From an uncultured Bacilli bacterium (GTDB taxonomy: Bacteria > Bacillota_I > Bacilli_A > RF39 > UBA660), in contig CAKORJ010000001.1 in the NCBI GenBank assembly GCA_934101575.1, positions 474,519-538,518 of the forward strand: a stretch of 64,000 nt of DNA, given 5' to 3'. The notes beneath the pieces are model-generated. The model was not told the origin of the DNA. It saw only the letters and a list, made by a program, of their open reading frames with translations, and made no database searches. The translations under genes and the position numbers were made by a program. Positions within the stretch are counted from its first letter, which is position 1. The number at the start of each line of letters is the position of its first letter. Positions 52,807-60,046 of this stretch are shown here, one piece after another.

Positions 52807-54039
52807 CTATTGTAAACTAGTGTCTAGTGGCAATTTTATTATTACTTTTGTATATTTATTTTCTTCTGATTTATAGATTAATTCTCCATTGTGTTGACTT
52901 ATTATTTCTTTTGATAAGGCTACACCTATACCACAACCTTTTTGTTTTGATGAGTAGAATAAATCCCCTATTTTTTCTAGATTTTCTTTTGAAATGCCAC
53001 ATCCATTATCTTTTATTTCTATTGTTACTGTTTTTTTGTTTTGTTTTATACTTATTTTAATTAATCCTTGTGTTTTTATTGCTTCACTACTATTTTTTAA
53101 TATGTTGATAAGTACTTGTTTTAATCTTTTGTAGTCTCCATTTATATATATTTCATCTACTGATTTGTATTCTATTTTTATATTTTTTGTTTTAAATATT
53201 GGCATTAGGCTATCTATAGTATCATTTATTAAATAGTCTATATCCATTATATCTTTTTTTATACTTATTTTTGTGTACTGACTAAAGTTATCCATTATAT
53301 CTAAAGCTCTATCTATTTCACTTAGAATTATTTCATTATATTTTTGGGATTTTTCTTTATTATCATAGTCTATCATTGATAGATATCCTTTACAGACTGC
53401 TATTGGGTTTTTTACTTCATGTGTTATTTTAAATAATGAATTTTTTAGATTTTTTTCTTTTTCTAGTTCTTTTAGGGTTTGATTTAATGATATAGTCTCC
53501 TCTATTTTACTTATTATATTTATTACTAATATTCCTATTAAATAGAATACTGTTAATGATATGATTATTTTTATTATTGTTTCTATATTTTGATTATTTG
53601 ATATGTAGTACTCTTCTATGGTCATTACTATTCCTTTTATACAGGTAAATGTTAGTATTATTGTTTCTTGTTTTTTTATTTTTATTGTTAATACTACAAA
53701 TATTAATATATAAAATAAATACTCTAGGACTGTTATTATTGTGTTTTCTCCCATACTACAGTTAAATATTATTAGTATTAGTGATATTACTATTGTTGTG
53801 TGTTTTCTGTTATATAATATTGATATTATAATAGGCATGTTTACTAATAGGACATCATAAGGCATTTCTTTATTATAGTACTTTATTAATAAAAATAAAC
53901 TTGTGATGCTTGCTATATCTATTAGGGTATCTTTTTTTAACTTTCCTATATTTTTATAATAAGCTTTTAATATTGTTACTGCTAAAACTGGAAATATTAT
54001 TAATATTACATCTAAAATTATTGTATCAAAAAATGACAT
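52807..54039 (-). CDS. Orphan sensor histidine kinase with polytopic N-terminal membrane domain
   Basis: 410 aa with about 6 TM segments. H-box ITHEVKNPIAV, N-box LINILKNSSEAI, G1 IKDNGCGI, G2 GCGIGVALSKEI. No response regulator is adjacent. Confidence 0.82.
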   Translation of the reverse strand: MSFFDTIILDVILIIFPVLAVTILKAYYKNIGKLKKDTLIDIASITSLFLLIKYYNKEMPYDVLLVNMPIIISILYNRKHTTIVISLILIIFNCSMGENTIITVLEYLFYILIFVVLTIKIKKQETIILTFTCIKGIVMTIEEYYISNNQNIETIIKIIISLTVFYLIGILVINIISKIEETISLNQTLKELEKEKNLKNSLFKITHEVKNPIAVCKGYLSMIDYDNKEKSQKYNEIILSEIDRALDIMDNFSQYTKISIKKDIMDIDYLINDTIDSLMPIFKTKNIKIEYKSVDEIYINGDYKRLKQVLINILKNSSEAIKTQGLIKISIKQNKKTVTIEIKDNGCGISKENLEKIGDLFYSSKQKGCGIGVALSKEIISQHNGELIYKSEENKYTKVIIKLPLDTSLQ

Positions 54040-54101
54040 ATTATCACCTGTTTATATAATATAGGAAATAAATGTCATATTTTGTCGAATTTTGTCTTAT
54101 A

Positions 54102-54413
54102 TTATTTTATTTCGTCGATATATTTTTTTAATTGTTTTGAGTTTGGACCTAGTATTATTTTTAACTGATTGTCTAATTCTACTATTCCTTTTGCTCCTAG
54201 ATTTATTATTGCATCTTTATTTACTTTTTCTATATCTTGTAATGTTACAATAAATCTTGATAAGTTTACTTCTGTATCTATTATGTTATCTTTTCCTCCT
54301 AGATACTCTACTAATTTATTCATATCTAGTTTTACATCTTTTTTGTTTATTTTTAGTATTGCTAATAATACTATAACAAATACTACAATAATTATAAAAT
54401 ATTCATAAGTCAT
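54102..54413 (-). CDS. Membrane-tethered PTS EIIB(Glc)-like domain lacking the phospho-accepting Cys
   Basis: 103 aa. N-terminal TM, then LVEYLGGKDNIIDTEVNLSRFIVTLQD..INLGAKGIV. This matches the EIIB pattern l..lGG..NI....hCaTRLRf, with Cys replaced by Asn-Leu. Confidence 0.55.
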   Translation of the reverse strand: MTYEYFIIIVVFVIVLLAILKINKKDVKLDMNKLVEYLGGKDNIIDTEVNLSRFIVTLQDIEKVNKDAIINLGAKGIVELDNQLKIILGPNSKQLKKYIDEIK

Positions 54414-54555
54414 AAAATCACCTATAGTAATTATACAATAAAACTGTCAAAAATAAAACATTTTTTCATACTATTTAGTAAATAGGTATTAGTAGTGTTT
54501 TTGTTATGTCATTATGAATATCTTATATTAGAAAGAAAAAAGGGGCGTGATATAT

Positions 54556-54960
54556 ATGAATAATAGCTCATGTTGTATTAATGACATTTTAGAAGTTATA
54601 AATGTTTTGCAGAATCAAGCTGAAAAAATTGATGATATTCCTAGTTCTTGTGATAGACCTTTTTTAGGAGGGGTTAATAGTTCTAATACTTTTGTTTATA
54701 ATACTAGACCTGTTACTTTGTATACTTCTAATAATACATTATTTAGTGCACCTTATAGTTTAAATGGTGTTGATGGTACTTCTAATGTATTTAGGGTTGA
54801 AAAAGTTACTGATAGTACTGCTACTTTGATGGTTCTTGCTAATAATCCTGATGATACTAGTGTTTTTCCATATGTGAAGACTGATTCATACATAATTGTA
54901 AACAGTAATTGTGTTTGTGCTATTAGATGTTTGGCTGATACATTTGTTGATTGTGTATAG
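54556..54960 (+). CDS. Spore coat/exosporium protein, CotY/CotZ/ExsY family (copy 1)
   Basis: Cys-rich. Motifs CCINDILEVINVLQ, SCDRPFLGG, NTRPVTLY, FRVEKV, and the C-terminal CVCAIRCL (compare B. subtilis CotZ CFCAINCL). Start placed at the ATG at 54556, since the track GTG is too close to the SD. Confidence 0.72.
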   Translation: MNNSSCCINDILEVINVLQNQAEKIDDIPSSCDRPFLGGVNSSNTFVYNTRPVTLYTSNNTLFSAPYSLNGVDGTSNVFRVEKVTDSTATLMVLANNPDDTSVFPYVKTDSYIIVNSNCVCAIRCLADTFVDCV

Positions 54961-54975
54961 AAAGGAGGTTAGTCT

Positions 54976-55377
54976 ATGTGTTCAAATGATAATAACTGCG
55001 ATGGTTTAAGAGATACTTTATGTACTATTATAAATCTTCAAAAACAAGGACAATGTATAGATGATGGAATTAAATCTTGTGATAGACCTTATTTAGGGCT
55101 TAATAATAATACTGCATATAATACTAGGCCTATAACATTCTACACTTGTCCTAATAACACATTATGGTCTATGCCATATACACTTAATGGTACTGATGGT
55201 GTTTCTAATGTTTTTAGAGTTGAGACTGCTAATGATTGTTGCTGTACTTGTAGGGTTTTAGCTCCTTCTGATGATGCTACTAATCCTTATCAAGCTACTG
55301 ATTCATTCTTTACTATTAATCTTAACTGTGTTGGAGCTATTAGATGTCTTAATGATACGTATGTTTCTTGTATTTAA
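54976..55377 (+). CDS. Spore coat/exosporium protein, CotY/CotZ/ExsY family (copy 2)
   Basis: 133 aa with GGAGGT SD. Motifs SCDRPYLG, NTRPITFY, FRVETA, CVGAIRCL. Tandem paralogue of the preceding gene. Confidence 0.72.
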   Translation: MCSNDNNCDGLRDTLCTIINLQKQGQCIDDGIKSCDRPYLGLNNNTAYNTRPITFYTCPNNTLWSMPYTLNGTDGVSNVFRVETANDCCCTCRVLAPSDDATNPYQATDSFFTINLNCVGAIRCLNDTYVSCI

Positions 55378-55400
55378 AAAACTTCAAAAAGAAGTTTTTT
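55376..55400. terminator. Hairpin terminator between convergent genes
   Basis: AAAAACTTC-AAAAA-GAAGTTTTTT. Confidence 0.5.
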
Positions 55401-55704
55401 ATTTTTGATAAATCTTAATTATGTCATTTATATTTATTGAATCATTATCTAGTGTTATTAACCTGTTTCCTATTTTGCCTGCTATTCTTGTTTCATACTT
55501 TTTGTCTTTTGTTACGATTACTACGTCTTTGTCAAAGATATAGGTTCCACTCTTTGATAATTTATTTATAAAATCTATTGGGGATTCATTTATTGATTCT
55601 TCTTTTCTTTCTATATCTAATCTATCATCTAAAAATGAATAATAAGCTTTTGTGTTATTGTTTATGTTTCCTATATTTGGTTTATATATCTCTGGTTTTT
55701 TCAT
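55399..55704 (-). CDS. Hypothetical small protein
   Basis: 101 aa with GGAGGA SD. No family recognised. Its position next to the coat genes is only suggestive. Confidence 0.45.
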   Translation of the reverse strand: MKKPEIYKPNIGNINNNTKAYYSFLDDRLDIERKEESINESPIDFINKLSKSGTYIFDKDVVIVTKDKKYETRIAGKIGNRLITLDNDSININDIIKIYQK

Positions 55705-55773
55705 AAGTCCTCCTTTATTATTATATTTTATGTTTTGAGGAGTAAAAAATTCTAAAAAAGATATAATAATACT

Positions 55774-56862
55774 ATGAAAACAAATAAATCTTTTATATAC
55801 GTATTATTAATTTTTTTTGTTATAAGTATTAATTCTATTTATAGTTTTTCTTCTTTTTTGACTTATGATACTTATAGTTTTATTATTAGACAGGCTTGTT
55901 TTTATCTTGTTGGGATTATTTTTATTTTCATTTGTATTAAGATTGGTCCTAATAGGATTCTTAAATATTCTTTTTTTATATATTTATTTAATGTTTTAAT
56001 ACTTGTTTTAGTTCTTTTTATTGGGAAGGAGGTTAATGGTACTAAAGCATGGTTTAATGTTCCTTTTATTGGAACTTTTCAACCTAGTGAGTTTATGAAA
56101 ATTGGTATTATTTTGTTACTTGCTAAGGTTATTAGTAAACAAAAGATTAATTGTTTTAAGGATGAACTTGTTCTAGTCGTTAAGGCTTTTGTTATTTTAT
56201 TAATTCCTTCTTTTATTACTTTTTTAGAACCTGATACTGGGGCTGTACTTATATATATTGTTATTACTTTTGTTATGTTATTTACTTCTAAGATTAGAAT
56301 AAGATGGTTTTTGATTCTTTTTGGAATTGTTTGTGTGTTAGGATTTGGTTTGTTTTATATTTATATTTTTAATACTGATTTATTTATTAAGATTTTTGGT
56401 AATAGCATGTTTTATCGTTTTGATAGGATATTTGATTGGAGTAAGTCTTCGGGAATGCAACTTGAAAATTCTGTTATTTCTATAGGTTCTAGTGGTTTAT
56501 TTGGGCATGGTATTAGTAATATTTTGTTATATTTTCCGGAAGGTCATACTGATTTTATATTTGCTTCTTTTGCTTCTATATATGGTCTTACTGGGATGAT
56601 GATTCTTGTTTGTTCTATTGTTTGGTTTGATATTTTACTTATCAGAACTAAGACTAAGAATTTAGAATATAAGTATATTATTTCTGGGATGTGTGCGGCA
56701 CTTTTTTATCAACAGATTCAGAATATTTCTATGACTATTGGACTTATGCCTATTACAGGGATTACTTTGCCTTTTATTTCTTATGGTGGTAGTAGTTTAA
56801 TATCTTATATGATTCTTTTAGGAATTGTACTTAGTATTAGAAAAGAAGAAGGTAATAATTGA
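55774..56862 (+). CDS. FtsW/RodA/SpoVE-family peptidoglycan glycosyltransferase (SEDS)
   Basis: 362 aa with about 10 TM segments. Motifs FQPSEFMKIGIILLLA, EPDTGAVL, HTDFIFA, GLMPITGITLPFISYGGSS. Confidence 0.87.
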   Translation: MKTNKSFIYVLLIFFVISINSIYSFSSFLTYDTYSFIIRQACFYLVGIIFIFICIKIGPNRILKYSFFIYLFNVLILVLVLFIGKEVNGTKAWFNVPFIGTFQPSEFMKIGIILLLAKVISKQKINCFKDELVLVVKAFVILLIPSFITFLEPDTGAVLIYIVITFVMLFTSKIRIRWFLILFGIVCVLGFGLFYIYIFNTDLFIKIFGNSMFYRFDRIFDWSKSSGMQLENSVISIGSSGLFGHGISNILLYFPEGHTDFIFASFASIYGLTGMMILVCSIVWFDILLIRTKTKNLEYKYIISGMCAALFYQQIQNISMTIGLMPITGITLPFISYGGSSLISYMILLGIVLSIRKEEGNN

Positions 56863-56873
56863 TGCTTTTATAG

Positions 56874-56917
56874 AAAAAGATATAAGAAGTTTTAATGATT
56901 TCTTATATCTTTTTTTA
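56874..56917. terminator. Bidirectional rho-independent terminator (copy 1 of a duplicated hairpin)
   Basis: Perfect 12-bp stem AAGATATAAGAA (56877..56888) / TTCTTATATCTT (56900..56911) with A-run and T-run on either side. Serves the convergent SEDS gene and the glycine-rich protein gene. Confidence 0.65.
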
Positions 56918-59449
56918 TTCTATATTAAACTTTTGTTTATCATAATTGTAATTATGAGTTATTTCTTCTTCTGTTAGTGCTTTTCCATATAATTTCATTT
57001 GATTTATTTTTACATTTGAATAACTTGATGTTTGATATCTTCCTATTGTTAAGGGATTATTCGAATGAGAAAACGCGCTTGATGTGTTTGTTCTTCTATT
57101 TTTTAATACACCATTTATGTATATACTTTCTACGTTATCTTTATAAGTTGCTACTACATTATAAGTCTTTTTTAACTGTATTGTTCCGCCGGATAGATAT
57201 GGAAAATCTGAAGTTGATTGTCTTGTTCCGAATACTACTGTATTATCAGCATTTAATTCTATTGTGTAACCGAACCATTTAACAAATAGTACACTTCTTG
57301 AATTTTTTACTATAGATTGTTTTGAAAATGTTAAGTCTATTGTGAATTCTGTTGGGGCAAGTGTTTGAGAATATGGTATTGTTGCATAATCATCTACCCC
57401 ATCTAATAATAGATAGTTTTTATACCAACTTGATCCCGTTACTGTAGCATTTCCACTTTTACCACTTAAATCTTTCCATGTTGATGTTGAGGATAAATGA
57501 TTTTCTCCTGAATTTGAGAATCCATCTAACCAAAGGTTTAGATTATCCTGAACATATCCATTTATGTTGTTATCGTATGCTGTTATTCTTCTTCCATTTG
57601 ATGTTTGTACTGTGTCTTCTTCTGTTATTGCTGTAAAGTTTTTATTGTCACTTGATACATATGTTTTTGTGTTATGATATACTCTACTATCTCCAAAATA
57701 ATTCCATACTGCTACTTCATCTAAGTCATATGTCTCTTCTAAATCTACTGTTATGCATTGATTAGTGGATGAACTTGATGGCATTGAGTAGTTTCCGTAT
57801 GTTATATCTCCGTCTGTTATTTGTGAATATGCTCTGGTTGTATCATTATATTGAGAAGTTGTTCCTGTTACGGTCTTTCCTTTTGCTATGTTTACTCCAT
57901 CTTTTATTGCCTGTAATTCTATCCAATGATTATCATTATTACTACTATTATAGCCACTACAGTCTTTTATATATCTCACATTATTTAATTTAGTATTTAC
58001 TTTTTTGGGTTTACGTCCTATGTAAATGATTTTTGCATAACCATCTTTTTTAGTTTGATCTTCTTTTATTTTTCCGTTTAGGAAATATTTATTACTATAA
58101 TGCATTGTTGCGTTTGTATGAGTTATTGTTGTGGAATTTTTTACTGAATTCACTCCGGCATAGCCACTTATATATGAGGATCCTCCACAGGAATAGGTTT
58201 CTGAAGTCCCTCCGCCATAGTAGCCTCCACCTCCGCCTGGACCGTATTTTGAGCTTACTATTGCTCCTACCCCAAATCCAGAATCTGTTCCGCTTGTTCC
58301 TGTTCCACCAGCTGTTTGTGAACCGCCTGTACATGTATAACTTCTATCACTTCTTGTATAATAGCCTTGACTTCCGTATAGATATCCGCCTGCTCCACCG
58401 TTATAACTGTATCCAGAACTTGCTGTTCCCATATAGTTACTTGATCCTGCTCCGCCTCCGGCTACCATTATTCTTGAAATCAATGATTTTGTATCATTCC
58501 ATGTTCCACCTACTAATCTAACATCTGTTGCTCCTCCGCCTGAACCATAGTATGTGTTTCCTCCAGTATACTGAAGACTTTTTCCACCACCATTATAGCC
58601 ACCGTTTTCTCCACAACATGTTTTTGAGGAACTACAAACGCACCTTTTTCCAGCACCACCTACATAAATATATAATTTTTCTCCTTCTTTTAGATTTATA
58701 TAGCCTGATGTTATTGATCCTTTTCCACCTTCGTATAATTCATTATCTTCTTGGTAAGATGCTCCTCCTTGAGCCCCTCCTAATTCTACATAATAATATC
58801 CATCTCTTAAAACTGTATACTCTTGAGCATTTCCAGTATAGGTAAATGTTTTAGGCTCTCCTTCTCTATCCATACTTTCTGGTCTTTGTTCTGCTTCTAT
58901 TTTTAGTTTTAAGAAGGCTTTATAATCCTCAAGTTTTGATATCTCTTCTTCTTTAGACTTATCAAGCCATATTCTTAATTTATAGTTTATTATTTCACTT
59001 GCATATATTACATCACTGTCAATTATATTTTTTATTTTTTCCAAGGACATTGGTCCATATTCTTCACCATTTATTTCAAGTCCTACTTTTATGTATTTTG
59101 TATCAAGTACTTTTCCTGTATAGGTACTTGGTACTTCATTTATTAATTTTAAATCATATTTAGCTGGGGATGATCCAATATTTTTTAGATTGAAATCATA
59201 TGTTTCCTCTTGTAACAAGCCTTCTTCATCACCCATAATAGATATTTTTTTATTGATTGTTTCGTAGTTTTCGGTTAGTTTTAATTTTACACTTCCTGTT
59301 TTTATTACTTGTTCATTACTATCGCTATTAACTTCCTTTAAAATAGCATAACTAGTACCACAAAAAAGAGATACTATTCCAAAAAGAGCAATAAAAAGAC
59401 TTATTATATATTTTTTGTTCTTAATGACCCCCCCCCCCCGAGAAAACAT
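56915..59449 (-). CDS. Secreted glycine-rich-domain / discoidin / LamG-like protein, paralogue 1; poly-G tract in codons 4-7 (phase-variation candidate)
   Basis: 844 aa from the ATG at 59449. Signal-like IISLFIALFGIVSLFCGTSYAILKE. An N-terminal ~170-aa beta-rich domain (VIKTGSVKLKL..AFLKLKIEAEQ) is TasA/camelysin-like in pattern. The Gly-rich domain includes FTYTGNAQEYTVLRDGYYYVELGGAQGG, LYIYVGGAG, GGGATDVRL, and SRIMVAGGGAG. The F5/8-type-C-like domain includes NVRYIKDC..HWIELQAIKDG..QCITVDLEETYDLDEVAVWNYF. The LamG-like C-terminus includes LNLWLDG..LLLDGVDDYATIP..YGKALTEEEITHNY. The SD (AAGGAG) actually serves a GTG at 59462, which is out of frame with 12 G. Confidence 0.85.
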   Translation of the reverse strand: MFSRGGGVIKNKKYIISLFIALFGIVSLFCGTSYAILKEVNSDSNEQVIKTGSVKLKLTENYETINKKISIMGDEEGLLQEETYDFNLKNIGSSPAKYDLKLINEVPSTYTGKVLDTKYIKVGLEINGEEYGPMSLEKIKNIIDSDVIYASEIINYKLRIWLDKSKEEEISKLEDYKAFLKLKIEAEQRPESMDREGEPKTFTYTGNAQEYTVLRDGYYYVELGGAQGGASYQEDNELYEGGKGSITSGYINLKEGEKLYIYVGGAGKRCVCSSSKTCCGENGGYNGGGKSLQYTGGNTYYGSGGGATDVRLVGGTWNDTKSLISRIMVAGGGAGSSNYMGTASSGYSYNGGAGGYLYGSQGYYTRSDRSYTCTGGSQTAGGTGTSGTDSGFGVGAIVSSKYGPGGGGGYYGGGTSETYSCGGSSYISGYAGVNSVKNSTTITHTNATMHYSNKYFLNGKIKEDQTKKDGYAKIIYIGRKPKKVNTKLNNVRYIKDCSGYNSSNNDNHWIELQAIKDGVNIAKGKTVTGTTSQYNDTTRAYSQITDGDITYGNYSMPSSSSTNQCITVDLEETYDLDEVAVWNYFGDSRVYHNTKTYVSSDNKNFTAITEEDTVQTSNGRRITAYDNNINGYVQDNLNLWLDGFSNSGENHLSSTSTWKDLSGKSGNATVTGSSWYKNYLLLDGVDDYATIPYSQTLAPTEFTIDLTFSKQSIVKNSRSVLFVKWFGYTIELNADNTVVFGTRQSTSDFPYLSGGTIQLKKTYNVVATYKDNVESIYINGVLKNRRTNTSSAFSHSNNPLTIGRYQTSSYSNVKINQMKLYGKALTEEEITHNYNYDKQKFNIE
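59428..59439 (-). repeat. Homopolymeric G(12) tract (C12 on plus strand) in the 5' coding end of paralogue 1
   Basis: Counted directly: plus-strand C at 59428..59439. Confidence 0.97.
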
Positions 59450-59567
59450 TTGTTCGTTTCACTTTGATCACTCCTTAGTATTATTTATACATTTATTTTA
59501 TAACAAATTTGTTATTTATTCAAGGAATAATTCACCTTTATTTTTCTAGATATGTTAATAATTTTTT

Positions 59568-59854
59568 TTAAATAGTTTTGTCTTCGACTTTGTTTATAAC
59601 AAAACAGCTTTTGCCTAAATCTTTAAAGGATGCTCCTGAGTGATATAATATTTTTTTATCTATTATTATAAATATATCATATAGATTATCTTTTTTATTA
59701 TTGTTAGTTTATTATACTGAGTTTGATATTTTCTTATTAGTTCTTCGTTTGTATTTTTTTTGTGTAAAGTGTTATTTGGTTTTTTTGTTTTTGTTAGGAT
59801 ATCTAATAGTTTTTTCTCTGCATAGTTATCTATTATGATTATTTCTTGTTTTGA
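59568..59854 (-). pseudogene. Decayed 3' fragment resembling the C-terminal region of ORF6N-domain (KilA-N-related) proteins
   Basis: My minus-strand translation: SKQEIIIIDNYAEKKLLDILTKTKK..NSV**TNNNKKDNLYDIFIIIDKKILYHSGASFKDLGKSCFVINKVEDKTI*. It has two in-frame TAA stops, no start and no N-terminal part. The IIDNY.. and DRFLIID..VYHIGASLKDLGKK.FAF blocks are remembered from ORF6N-family C-termini (not searched). Confidence 0.35.
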
Positions 59855-59954
59855 TTATATTATTCGTTTGTTATCTCCTTTTTTGTTTGTAACTATACTA
59901 TATACTAATTGATTTTTATTGTAAAACTGGGAATTTTGTGTTTTGTATTAAAAA

Positions 59955-59989
59955 AAGATATAAGAATTTTTAATATTTTCTTATATCTT
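59955..59989 (-). terminator. Rho-independent terminator downstream of paralogue 2 (copy 2 of the duplicated hairpin)
   Basis: Same perfect 12-bp stem AAGATATAAGAA / TTCTTATATCTT as at 56877..56911, with an 11-nt loop differing at a few positions and flanking A- and T-runs. Confidence 0.6.
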
Positions 59990-60046
59990 TTTTTGTTTTT
60001 GATGTGTTTATTTGTTTTGAAATGTTATAAAGTAATAAATTTGTTT

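Noticed and set aside
58095-58521. ORFs of 79 aa (minus strand) and 138 aa (plus strand) inside the glycine-rich coding region, and similar ones at 60930..61611.
   Set aside because: They are alternative-frame or antisense readings of GGN-rich repeats within a long ORF with clear domain structure.
59500-59515. A perfect 16-bp palindrome ATAACAAATTTGTTAT within the putative promoter spacer of paralogue 1, considered as a possible operator.
   Set aside because: In DNA this AT-rich, a few perfect 16-mers of this kind are expected by chance in 64 kb (rough estimate from base composition). No matching site occurs upstream of the other two genes that share the leader. It is kept only as a note.
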